Below are positions 14,171-22,101 of a stretch of DNA of 47,749 nt, piece after piece. Positions within the stretch are counted from its first letter, which is position 1, and every line of letters begins with the position of its first letter. The notes beneath the pieces were generated by a model. It had not been told where the DNA came from, made no database searches, and saw nothing but the letters and a program-made list of their open reading frames with translations. The DNA lies in IMG/VR virus record IMGVR_UViG_3300045988_059296; one strand, given 5' to 3'. The DNA comes from a virus. A program made the position numbers and the translations under genes.

Positions 14171-14422
14171 ATGGTGCGGCAGTACAGATATATAGACTTT
14201 CAGGACCGCAAGGAGATTTCCACGCGATACCTGAACGGCGACCGGGTGGCGGACATTGCCGACGGGCTGGGCGTGACAACGGCTACCGTCTACCGGGAGT
14301 TGAAACGTGGCGAAACGGGCGGGCTTGACCGCAACCAGCGGAGAGCATACAACCCCGTTCTTGCACAACAGCGCGTGCAAGAGAACTTCAAACGCCGCGG
14401 CAAAACCGCGGTCAATTCGTAA
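14171..14422 (+). CDS. Stand-alone IS30-type N-terminal HTH protein (83 aa), a paralogue of the N-terminus of the transposase at 11631.
   Basis: DRKEISTRYLNGDRVADIADGLGVTTATVYRELKRG...YNPVLAQQRVQEN aligns by eye with DRRKIEYGLNRGDTPKQIAAELHVHVSTIYREIKRA...YNPDGAEKRYREN. Confidence 0.65.
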   Translation: MVRQYRYIDFQDRKEISTRYLNGDRVADIADGLGVTTATVYRELKRGETGGLDRNQRRAYNPVLAQQRVQENFKRRGKTAVNS

Positions 14423-14435
14423 AGGAGGTTTCGCG

Positions 14436-14660
14436 GTGAACAATTTTGAAGAAATCACGAAGAACCCGGAAACGCTGGGCGCTTTCTTACGGGGCCTGCC
14501 CGTCATTGAAGCGCCGTGGGACGAAGAATTCCAGCGGAAGTATTGCGCCGGGTGCGGGAAAGTCAGTTGTGACGATGGTAGCCCTTGCCCGTATGAGGAC
14601 AAGCGAAACAATCCGCTTTGGTGGCTGTCGCAGGAGAGCGGAAAGGCGGCGGAGGTATGA
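14436..14660 (+). CDS. Hypothetical small Cys-containing protein (74 aa).
   Basis: GTG start 7 nt after AAAGGAGG. Confidence 0.55.
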   Translation: MNNFEEITKNPETLGAFLRGLPVIEAPWDEEFQRKYCAGCGKVSCDDGSPCPYEDKRNNPLWWLSQESGKAAEV

Positions 14661-15034
14661 GCCGAAAGGAACAGCAACACGGCGGGGTCAAGCTGACGGC
14701 GAAGACGGCCCGCACCCTCGCAATGCAGGAATTCGGGACCGCCCGCGGTCTGACGAAAAGTACGTCATTCGTCGGCGCGTACTTCATGGAGTTTGGAAAC
14801 CTGCGTATCGAAATTTGCGCGGACGCGGCTTGTATTGCTGTTCGCGTGGTTCTGGCCCACGGTACGGGTTCCAGCGTGAAATACTTTGACCCGGACACCC
14901 TGCAAGAGAACTTCAAGGCTATCGACAAACACCGTGAAGACGAAGACCGCGCCATTATCAGTGATTGGGTCAACCTGAACGGCCCGGAATATTGCCGGAA
15001 GCAGGTTGAAGCGATTTGGAAACAAGGAGGTTGA
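14657..15034 (+). CDS. Hypothetical protein (125 aa).
   Basis: ATGA start/stop overlap. RBS GGAGG. Confidence 0.65.
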   Translation: MSRKEQQHGGVKLTAKTARTLAMQEFGTARGLTKSTSFVGAYFMEFGNLRIEICADAACIAVRVVLAHGTGSSVKYFDPDTLQENFKAIDKHREDEDRAIISDWVNLNGPEYCRKQVEAIWKQGG

Positions 15035-15038
15035 AAAC

Positions 15039-15326
15039 GTGGAGAGAAACGGGAAGCACATCGCAAAAGAAGCAACAAACGGAATTATTTACGACAGCGC
15101 CGGACAGATCGTACACAATGGGCTGTTGGAGATTTGCCCGTTCTGCGGCGAAATGAACAACCATTTTGGAAGCGGCGGAAGCGTGAACATTTGGACGGTT
15201 GGCGCGATTGAACGCAGGGAGTGTACGAAGTGCCGAAAGCAGTTCCACAAAATCAGCCTGACGGTTCCGCCCGATGAAACACCGGAAGCGTTCTATTTGC
15301 GGGTCATAAAGGCGGTGACAGCATGA
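15039..15326 (+). CDS. Hypothetical zinc-ribbon protein (95 aa).
   Basis: GTG start after AAGGAGG. CPFC...CTKC motif. Confidence 0.55.
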   Translation: MERNGKHIAKEATNGIIYDSAGQIVHNGLLEICPFCGEMNNHFGSGGSVNIWTVGAIERRECTKCRKQFHKISLTVPPDETPEAFYLRVIKAVTA

Positions 15327-15502
15327 AACGTCAATTCTGCTTGCCCTGCTTCCTCGAAATCAAGAAAGCCGGGAAACACGATATTGAGCGTGTCCGCGGC
15401 GGCGTGAATATGAAAATCACCTGTTGGCGGTGCAAGCGCCGTCGTTTCGGGGCCGAATACGAGATTTCAAGGAAAGGCGGTGTGTCCCGTGACAACGGCT
15501 GA
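15323..15502 (+). CDS. Hypothetical 59-aa zinc-ribbon protein; below the ORF-track cut-off.
   Basis: Hand translation: MKRQFCLPCFLEIKK...KITCWRCKRRRFG. ATGA coupling to the upstream gene. Confidence 0.45.
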   Translation: MKRQFCLPCFLEIKKAGKHDIERVRGGVNMKITCWRCKRRRFGAEYEISRKGGVSRDNG

Positions 15503-15695
15503 TTTGAAGCGGGCTTTCATGGACGAACGCCCGGTACGGTACAACGGCATCACCTACCAGCGAGTAACAGCGGTGATTTACCGCAAGACCCCGGACAAAA
15601 CCGGGTTGCTGGTACAAGGTGAACTGCTGGACAAGAACGGACGTGCCGTTATGATCGCGGCGGCGGAGCGAATCAAAGTGGAGGAACCGAAATGA
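15480..15695 (+). CDS. Hypothetical protein (about 70 aa). The start is GTG 15480 or GTG 15489.
   Basis: Track ORF that fills a gap in a tightly packed operon. Confidence 0.55.
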   Translation: MCPVTTADLKRAFMDERPVRYNGITYQRVTAVIYRKTPDKTGLLVQGELLDKNGRAVMIAAAERIKVEEPK

Positions 15696-16003
15696 CACAA
15701 GAGATTATCACAATCACCGTTGAAGCCGGGCAAATGACCGCCCGGCGGAAGTCCCGGAAAATCGCCCAGCGCCGCCCGGTCCCCGTGTGGGCTATCGTGA
15801 AGTATGCGGCCCTGACGATTGCCGGAATTATGCTGTTTCGTGAGGGCGCGGCCCGTGCGCTGGCCTACCGGGGCTATTTCGCCGTCGGCGGAGAGGTTTT
15901 CGCCCTCTTCCTCCCGGTTTTCTATTACTGCCTTTCACGGACGGTCCGGGACCTTATCACGGACATTAAGAACGGCTTCAAGCCGGAATATGAGGAGGAC
16001 TAA
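15692..16003 (+). CDS. Small membrane protein (103 aa, 2 TM segments) directly upstream of DGR target 2.
   Basis: VWAIVKYAALTIAGIMLF and VFALFLPVFYYCL segments. ATGA coupling upstream, and 3 nt from the next start. Confidence 0.65.
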   Translation: MTQEIITITVEAGQMTARRKSRKIAQRRPVPVWAIVKYAALTIAGIMLFREGAARALAYRGYFAVGGEVFALFLPVFYYCLSRTVRDLITDIKNGFKPEYEED

Positions 16004-16006
16004 ACC

Positions 16007-16744
16007 ATGAAGAAAATTTCGCAGATCGAAACGGGCGGGCGCTTCCTGTATGGCGGAATTGAGTGGGTCAAGCTGTACGCAGGCGACGGAACCGTTGCGA
16101 TTTCCGCCGAACCCGTCTTTGAACGCGCTTTCGACGAAAACAACAAGAACGATTGGCGTTCTTCTTCCATGCGCCGCGAACTGAACGGCGCGTTCCTCGA
16201 CGCGCTGGTTGCAGAGGGCGCGGACCGGGCGGCGTTCCTCGATTGGGAAAGCGACCTGACCGCCGATGACGGCATGACCGACTACGGGACCGCCACCGAC
16301 AAAATCGCTTTGCTGTCGGACAAACTGTATAGAATGTTCCGCGGCATTATCCCGCGCGTGGACGCGTGGTGCTGGAACCTGACCCCGTGGACGTGCGACC
16401 CCGAATACTCTTACAGCGTCCGCTACGTACATTCCTCTGGCGCGATGGACTGGGGCTACGCTTACAGCGGCTACCTCGGCGTTCGCCCGCTTTGCTATCT
16501 GAAATCCGAAATCTTGGTATCTGTCCCCGGAGAGGACGACGAAGAGAAAAACGTTGAAGTCGCCGAAGAGGACCGCGCACAGCTTGTTCTTATCGCAAGC
16601 GACAGAATTTTGAATGCACTGAATGAATACCCCGTGGAAGTTTGGGGCGAAGCGCTGGGCGCGGCTGTGGCTTCTCTGTTCACGTCGAAGCAGGACGCGG
16701 CGCAGATCGCGCAGGAAGACAAAGACAAAGCGGCGGAGGTCTGA
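16007..16744 (+). CDS. DGR target protein 2 (245 aa). It has the same WWL/GVRP-type variable domain as target 1, followed by an acidic C-terminal tail, and is encoded in the early/non-structural region.
   Basis: Contains VR2. It shares domain landmarks with target 1 (W..S.MRRELNGAFL, ...HSSGAMDWGYAYSGYLGVRPLCYL). RBS GAGGAGG. No signal peptide. Confidence 0.8.
   Translation: MKKISQIETGGRFLYGGIEWVKLYAGDGTVAISAEPVFERAFDENNKNDWRSSSMRRELNGAFLDALVAEGADRAAFLDWESDLTADDGMTDYGTATDKIALLSDKLYRMFRGIIPRVDAWCWNLTPWTCDPEYSYSVRYVHSSGAMDWGYAYSGYLGVRPLCYLKSEILVSVPGEDDEEKNVEVAEEDRAQLVLIASDRILNALNEYPVEVWGEALGAAVASLFTSKQDAAQIAQEDKDKAAEV
16406..16494 (+). repeat. DGR variable repeat VR2, remote from the DGR cassette.
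   Basis: 89 nt collinear with TR 1221-1309. 12 substitutions fall at TR adenines and there is one C-to-A change (TR 1244). Confidence 0.9.
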
Positions 16745-16784
16745 ACCCCCGCCGTCGTGAAAACTGGATAAAGAAAAACCGCCC

Positions 16785-16810
16785 CGCGTTTGCTTGGGAG
16801 AGCAGACGCG
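16785..16810 (+). other. Hairpin in the 340-nt non-coding region upstream of the Rep-like gene.
   Basis: cgcgtttgct-tgggag-agcagacgcg. The same region holds an operator half-site cgttagtata (16853-16862) and the inverted repeat ttgtca-cgca-tgacaa (16952-16967). Confidence 0.5.
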
Positions 16811-17083
16811 AAGCGGGTTCCGCCGATGAAAATATATCAGCTATCAACCTACCGTTAGTATATCAAAAACGGCGGAAAAAGTCAACAAATAACGCCGTTT
16901 TTGCGCGGCGTGGCGGGCTTGTAATGGGTATTAACGTTCCTGCGATTAGCCTTGTCACGCATGACAACAGGACCGGGAAGAAAGACACGTCCTATCTGGT
17001 GTTCTTCCCACCTGCATAGACAACTACACACGCCGGAAGTAAAGCCCCGCCCGCTTCCTCTACCCGCAAAAGGAGTGAAGCAA

Positions 17084-17905
17084 GTGCGAAGTTTTATGAG
17101 AGAAAAGAAAATCTACTGCGGAAAGCATTATCGGGAGGTAGATATATACCCCTACACCGCCGCGCAACTGACAGCATCTACGCGCGGGAAGAGGTCAAAG
17201 AAAATCAAGGAAACGGAGCCGAAGCAAAAGAACCTGAATGACAAGAACGCCAGCCGCTACTTCACGCAGACGGCGAACCTGAATTTCGGTTCTGACCCGG
17301 AAGCCCTGCACGTTACAGCTACATACAGCGGAAAATATCTGCCCGACACGGTGGAACAGGCCGAACAGGAAGCAACAAACTTCCTACGCCGGGTCCAGTA
17401 CCGCCGGAAGAAAGAGGGCTTGCCGCCGCTAAAGTACATGATCGTTACCGCCTACACCACGAAGCGAAACAGCGAAGCCCCCGTTCGTATTCATCACCAC
17501 ATCATTATGAACGGCGGGCTTGACCGTGACGTTGTGGAAGACCTGTGGAGAAAACGCAGGCGCAAGGGACAGAAAAAGGGCGACAAAATCGGCTTTTGTA
17601 ATGCTGACCGCCTGCAAGCCGATGAAAACGGCATAGCCGCCCTTTGCACCTACCTTGTGAAGCAGGGGTGCGGGAAAAAGCGGTGGAATTCCTCGCATAA
17701 CCTCGAAAGGCCGTACAGCCGGACGAACGACGGCAAGTACAATCGCCGTCAGATTGAGAAGTGGGCGAAAGAACACCCGCCCCGTGAGTTTTGGGAAAAG
17801 AAATATCCCGGCTGGACCCTGACAGACGATGACTACGGCGTTCAGTACGAATACAACGACTTCACGGGCTGGGCGGTCTACCTGAAATTGCGAAAGAAAG
17901 AGTAA
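17084..17905 (+). CDS. HUH-superfamily rolling-circle Rep-like initiator (about 273 aa).
   Basis: Motif order LHVTATYS (motif I-like), VRIHHHIIMNGG (HUH), ALCTYLVKQG (YxxK). GTG 17084 lies 8 nt after AAAGGAG; the alternative start is ATG 17096. Confidence 0.6.
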   Translation: MRSFMREKKIYCGKHYREVDIYPYTAAQLTASTRGKRSKKIKETEPKQKNLNDKNASRYFTQTANLNFGSDPEALHVTATYSGKYLPDTVEQAEQEATNFLRRVQYRRKKEGLPPLKYMIVTAYTTKRNSEAPVRIHHHIIMNGGLDRDVVEDLWRKRRRKGQKKGDKIGFCNADRLQADENGIAALCTYLVKQGCGKKRWNSSHNLERPYSRTNDGKYNRRQIEKWAKEHPPREFWEKKYPGWTLTDDDYGVQYEYNDFTGWAVYLKLRKKE

Positions 17906-17923
17906 AGAAAGGGGCTGTTCAAT

Positions 17924-18289
17924 ATGGCAAGGCCGTTCAAAATCTGCCCGGACTGCGGCGCACACCTCGACGCTTCCGAACCCTGCGACTGCAAGGACGC
18001 AATCGAGCGGGAGCCGCCGAAGCCGCGGGAGCGGTTGAAACTGCTTGCCGTCTGCCGGGAGGTAGACAAGGAAAGCGGGCGCGTCAGCGTTTACCCGCTT
18101 GACCTCGAAATCACAAGTGAAATCCTTGCAAGCCTGAAAATGCGGGCGCAGTTCAACCCGGAATTGCGCTACTTCACGACCACGACGGCACGTTGGGACC
18201 GCTACGGCGAAGTCATGGCGGGTATCCTGAAACGCCGCACGGTGAGCCGGGCCGATTTGGACAATATCGGGGGTATCTGCGAGATATGA
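17924..18289 (+). CDS. Hypothetical protein (121 aa) with an N-terminal zinc-ribbon-like CPDC...CDC motif.
   Basis: Track ORF. Confidence 0.65.
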   Translation: MARPFKICPDCGAHLDASEPCDCKDAIEREPPKPRERLKLLAVCREVDKESGRVSVYPLDLEITSEILASLKMRAQFNPELRYFTTTTARWDRYGEVMAGILKRRTVSRADLDNIGGICEI

Positions 18290-18450
18290 GAAGAAATGAG
18301 CCGACCCCGGAAGAACAGGAAGTCGAAGAAATGAAGCAGGCCGCGCGGGTCATCAAGAAAATTTGCGACCGCAGGACGGCGGACGACGCTTGTTCGTTCT
18401 GCCCGTTCTGCGATATGTGCCGCACGGAACCTTACACATGGGAGGTGTGA
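18286..18450 (+). CDS. Hypothetical 54-aa Cys-rich protein.
   Basis: ATGA coupling. CSFCPFCDMC motif. Confidence 0.5.
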   Translation: MRRNEPTPEEQEVEEMKQAARVIKKICDRRTADDACSFCPFCDMCRTEPYTWEV

Positions 18451-18452
18451 CA

Positions 18453-18998
18453 ATGACGGAGCGGGAACGCCTGTTAGAGAAGATACGCAAGGTTCAAGCC
18501 CTTGCAAACCGCGGCGCAGACGGCGAAAAGCAGTCAGCCGCCGCCCTGCTTGATAGGCTGATGACGCAATACGGCATCGACGAAGCCGAAATAGCGGAAG
18601 AGCGTTTGGAAGAGTGCTTCTTCCGTTACAAGACCCCGTATGAAAGAAAACTGCTGGTTCAAGTGGTCTACACAGTGACCGGGAAGATTCCGTTTAAGTG
18701 CGTCGGGAAGTATTCGGGCCGCGCACGAAAGCAAGTCGGAATTGACTGCACCGCGGCGGAACGGCTGGAAATCGAATTCAGCTATGAGTTTTATAAAGCC
18801 GCGCTGGAAGAGGAAATGGAACGGTTCTATTCGGCGTTCCTGATGAAGAACGACATCTTCCCGCCTGCTTCCAAAAAGGCCGAAGAAATCCCGGCGGCGG
18901 AAATCAGCAGAAGCGAAGCCCTTAAACTTCAAGCGCTTATGGCGGGCATGGGCGACCACACGCGCCGCCCTGTATTGGGAAGCGGGGTGGAACCGTGA
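18453..18998 (+). CDS. DUF2786-like protein (181 aa).
   Basis: The N-terminus ERLLEKIRKVQALANRGADGEKQSAAALLDRLMTQYGI matches the pattern I recall for DUF2786 in phage and plasmid replication regions. RBS GGGAGG. Confidence 0.55.
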   Translation: MTERERLLEKIRKVQALANRGADGEKQSAAALLDRLMTQYGIDEAEIAEERLEECFFRYKTPYERKLLVQVVYTVTGKIPFKCVGKYSGRARKQVGIDCTAAERLEIEFSYEFYKAALEEEMERFYSAFLMKNDIFPPASKKAEEIPAAEISRSEALKLQALMAGMGDHTRRPVLGSGVEP

Positions 18999-19528
18999 TA
19001 GACAACCAACGCGCCGCCATGCGGTATCAAAACAAGGTCAACAACGCACAGGGCCACTTTTTCGAGAGTGCCATAAAAGCCGCCTGCGCCCTCTATTCTG
19101 ACCGGGAGCGGGCCGACGTAGACAAAACCCCTGAACCGTTCCGCGTTCTGGAAAAGAGCCGCGACGGAAAGTTCAAGGGCCGCTTTACCGCCCGCGCACA
19201 GCCGGACTTTCAAGGAACGCTTGACGGCGGGCGCTCCATAGTCTTTGAAGCGAAGTACACAACGACAGATCGTTTGAAGTGGGACGTTCTGACACAGGAA
19301 CAGCGGGACACGCTGGAACGCCACGCCCGGCGGGGTGCGCTTGCCGCAGTCTGCGGCGGGATTGGAAACGAATTCTTCTTTGTTCCGTGGACGGTGTGGC
19401 GGGACATGAAAGAGCATTTCGGCAGAAAGTACGTTACCGCGGCGGACCTCGAACAATGGCGGGTCCGCTTCAATGGGGCGGTGCTATTCCTCGATTACGT
19501 CCACCACGAAAGGAGCGGGACACCATGA
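18995..19528 (+). CDS. recU: RecU-like Holliday junction resolvase.
   Basis: G.FFE....KTPEP....DFQGTLDGGRSIVFEAKYT...LTQEQRDTL follows the RecU catalytic pattern (D...EAK). Confidence 0.65.
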   Translation: MIDNQRAAMRYQNKVNNAQGHFFESAIKAACALYSDRERADVDKTPEPFRVLEKSRDGKFKGRFTARAQPDFQGTLDGGRSIVFEAKYTTTDRLKWDVLTQEQRDTLERHARRGALAAVCGGIGNEFFFVPWTVWRDMKEHFGRKYVTAADLEQWRVRFNGAVLFLDYVHHERSGTP

Positions 19529-19704
19529 AAAAACAGCACACACAGAAAATGACGGTCCGCGTCACGGCACAGACGGCCTACAACCTCGAACGCCTTATGC
19601 TTATGAGCGGGCAGAAAACGCCGGGCCGCGTCGTCGATAAGCTGGTTCGTGAAAAAATGCTTGCCCTGCGGGGCCGAAACATCGAAACGGAGGAAACGAA
19701 ATGA
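19525..19704 (+). CDS. Small RHH-like protein (59 aa).
   Basis: MTVRVTAQTAYNLERLMLMSGQKTPGRVVDKLVRE fits a beta-strand + helix pattern. Confidence 0.5.
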   Translation: MKKQHTQKMTVRVTAQTAYNLERLMLMSGQKTPGRVVDKLVREKMLALRGRNIETEETK

Positions 19705-19820
19705 AGTATGACTGCATGAAGCCTGAATGGGCCGACAATGAGCCTTGCCCGCTCGACACGGGCGAACTGGAAAACTGCGCCGAATGCGTGTGGGCGCATG
19801 AACGGGAAACGGAGGACTGA
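19701..19820 (+). CDS. Possible 39-aa Cys-containing peptide.
   Basis: Hand translation: MKYDCMKPEWADNEPCPLDTGELENCAECVWAHERETED. ATGA coupling. Confidence 0.35.
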   Translation: MKYDCMKPEWADNEPCPLDTGELENCAECVWAHERETED

Positions 19821-19822
19821 CA

Positions 19823-20119
19823 ATGCGTGCCGGAATTCTGCTGATCGTTCTTTATTGGGCGCTGTTCACCATTCGAGCGGGTTTGCAACCGAAAGTGGCG
19901 GCGGAGGTCAAAGCGGCGACCTACGACATGAAACGGGCATCGGGCCTTGAAAAGCTGGAACACACCCGCCGCCTGCAATGTTGGACCGTGGCAAAGTGGG
20001 CCTTGCGCGTCTGCGGCTGGGCTGAAAACGTCCTGTTGGGCGTGGTTATCCTGTGGGTTGCTTTCCTGCTGGGCGCAGTCCTGACAGGAACCGTCATTGT
20101 ATTTGGCTACCCGGTGTAA
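19823..20119 (+). CDS. Membrane protein (98 aa, 2-3 TM segments).
   Basis: RBS GGAGG. Hydrophobic N- and C-terminal segments. Confidence 0.6.
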   Translation: MRAGILLIVLYWALFTIRAGLQPKVAAEVKAATYDMKRASGLEKLEHTRRLQCWTVAKWALRVCGWAENVLLGVVILWVAFLLGAVLTGTVIVFGYPV

Positions 20120-20132
20120 AGGAGCGTTATCT

Positions 20133-20360
20133 ATGAAGCTGACGAAGTGTGAGCAATGCGGCGGACCGACGGCGGAGGGCCTGCCCCTCTGCCCTGACTG
20201 CATGAGAGCAACGGGCGCGGCGGCGGACCAAATCGCCGCGGCGGAGGAACTGCGGGACATTGCACGGGTCCTGTCCATCACGGCGAACACGGACGCAAAC
20301 ATTCGTGAAGCAATCGTCGGAATTTTGAATATCGCCGAAAGGCTGGAAAGAGGGAAATAA
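20133..20360 (+). CDS. Hypothetical zinc-ribbon protein (75 aa).
   Basis: RBS AAAGGAG. CEQC...CPDC motif. Confidence 0.55.
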   Translation: MKLTKCEQCGGPTAEGLPLCPDCMRATGAAADQIAAAEELRDIARVLSITANTDANIREAIVGILNIAERLERGK

Positions 20361-20361
20361 A

Positions 20362-20598
20362 ATGGAACTTCTGCAATTCGTGTTTTCAAGTTTTTGGGTT
20401 TGGCTGGGCTGTGTGGTCCTGATTGTCGCGGCGGGTGAAGCTGTGGCGACCGCGGCGGCGGGTTTTCGTCAGAAGCGCAAAGTTTCCGTGTACCACGTCG
20501 GCGACGTGACGCGGGTTGAAGTGGAGAACGCGGGCCGCGCCGACATTCCGGCGGCGGTAAAGGCGTTGAACGAGCGGGCGGCGGAGGTAGACGAATGA
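20362..20598 (+). CDS. Small membrane protein (78 aa).
   Basis: N-terminal TM segment FVFSSFWVWLGCVVLIVAAG. Confidence 0.55.
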   Translation: MELLQFVFSSFWVWLGCVVLIVAAGEAVATAAAGFRQKRKVSVYHVGDVTRVEVENAGRADIPAAVKALNERAAEVDE

Positions 20599-21239
20599 AG
20601 CTGAAAAAGGTTCTTTCTATCTGCAAGACGAACGGGCTTTATTACCTGTATGACCGTATCGACAGATCGGGAGAAATCACACAATGGTTGGGCGACGGCT
20701 ACGCCCTCTATCCTCTGGACGGCCTGCCTATTCTGGACGAAGAAAGTTTCTGCGCCGTGTTCGATATTACCGGGAAGCAACGCGAAAAAATTCTTTTCCG
20801 GCATGAGCGCTTGCCGGAACACCTGAACGTCGAGGACGTGGCGGCGGGCGACAAACTGGTTCGGGAGTACGAAACGACCTTTATCAATGGCGGGTTGCGC
20901 TTGAAGCCGCTGAAAACGAACAACGGCGTTACATTCATTCGGAGCCTGTACCTTTCGCCGCTGGAAGACGTTATCGACATGGTGCAATTCTACGAGCGGA
21001 CCACGCCGCAGGGCGGTTCGTACATCGTCGCAAAGGCGGGGTTCCTGACGGCGGCGGTCATCATGCCTTATGTCATTAGTAAGAAATTCGCCGACGAACT
21101 GGAAGAACTGTCCTATCAATGCCGCCACTTCCTGAACACCCGGAGCGCATTCACCACCCCGGCGGCGGAGGACGAAGAAGAGCCGGACGAAAACCAGACG
21201 ACCACGTTTGACACGGAAGCGGCGGAGGTTCAAGAATGA
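20595..21239 (+). CDS. Hypothetical protein (214 aa).
   Basis: ATGA coupling. Track ORF. Confidence 0.7.
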   Translation: MKLKKVLSICKTNGLYYLYDRIDRSGEITQWLGDGYALYPLDGLPILDEESFCAVFDITGKQREKILFRHERLPEHLNVEDVAAGDKLVREYETTFINGGLRLKPLKTNNGVTFIRSLYLSPLEDVIDMVQFYERTTPQGGSYIVAKAGFLTAAVIMPYVISKKFADELEELSYQCRHFLNTRSAFTTPAAEDEEEPDENQTTTFDTEAAEVQE

Positions 21240-21694
21240 ACGCGGCGCTTTTGAGCAGTAAAAAGATGGACTATTGCACCCCGCAAGACTTTTTCGACCG
21301 CCTGAACGAAGAGTTTCATTTTACGCTTGACGCGGCGGCGACCGACAAAAGCGCAAAATGCCCGGCGTACTACACCCCGGAAACCGACGGACTGAAAAGC
21401 CCGTGGAATCTTGCGGGGGGGGGGCCTGTATTCTGCAACCCTCCATACGGGCGCGAGGTTGGGAAATGGGTTCGCAAAGCCTACGAGGAAGCCAAGCGCG
21501 GCGCAACCGTCGTTCTTCTGATTCCGGCCCGGACTGACACGACATACTTTCACGACTACATATATGGGCGGGCGGAAATCCGCTTTGTACGCGGGCGGTT
21601 ACGCTTCACCGATGAAGAGGGCAAAGCATACGCCGCGGCCCCGTTCCCGTCTATGGTGGTCATCTACAACGGAAACAAGGAGGTTCAGGAATGA
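21236..21694 (+). CDS. dam: Phage-type DNA N6-adenine methyltransferase (Dam family).
   Basis: DYCTPQDFFDRLNEEFHFTLDAAA...VFCNPPYG (NPPY catalytic motif)...LIPARTDT. Confidence 0.85.
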   Translation: MNAALLSSKKMDYCTPQDFFDRLNEEFHFTLDAAATDKSAKCPAYYTPETDGLKSPWNLAGGGPVFCNPPYGREVGKWVRKAYEEAKRGATVVLLIPARTDTTYFHDYIYGRAEIRFVRGRLRFTDEEGKAYAAAPFPSMVVIYNGNKEVQE

Positions 21695-22101
21695 AAGCAT
21701 TTACCGTGTATCAGCCCTACGCACACGCAATCGTAGCAGGGGTCAAGCATTATGAAACCCGCCCGCGGCGGACGCATATTCGGGGCCGCGTCGCTGTCCA
21801 CGCCGGGCGGCTGGACGAAGTGCAAGCGACAAAGCATCTGACGAACGGTGAGTTTTGGGCCGTACTGGAAGCCGCAGGCGGCGGCGGAAACCTGCCGCGG
21901 GGCGCAGTCATCGGAACCGTTGAAATCGTCGATTGCGTGCCTGTGGAAGAACTTGTGGACAGTTTGGATAACCGGGAACGCCTGTTAGGTGATTATTCGC
22001 CGGGGCGGTTCGCGTGGGTGCTTCAAAACCCGGTCATGTTCAAAACGCCCATTCCCGCCTGTGGGAAACAAGGGTGGTGGAATTGGGAGGAACCGACATG
22101 A
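21691..22101 (+). CDS. ASCH (PUA-like) domain protein.
   Basis: MKAFTVYQPYAHAIVAGVKHYETRPRRT...RVAVHAG...GAVIGTVEIVDC is a typical ASCH pattern. Confidence 0.7.
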   Translation: MKAFTVYQPYAHAIVAGVKHYETRPRRTHIRGRVAVHAGRLDEVQATKHLTNGEFWAVLEAAGGGGNLPRGAVIGTVEIVDCVPVEELVDSLDNRERLLGDYSPGRFAWVLQNPVMFKTPIPACGKQGWWNWEEPT

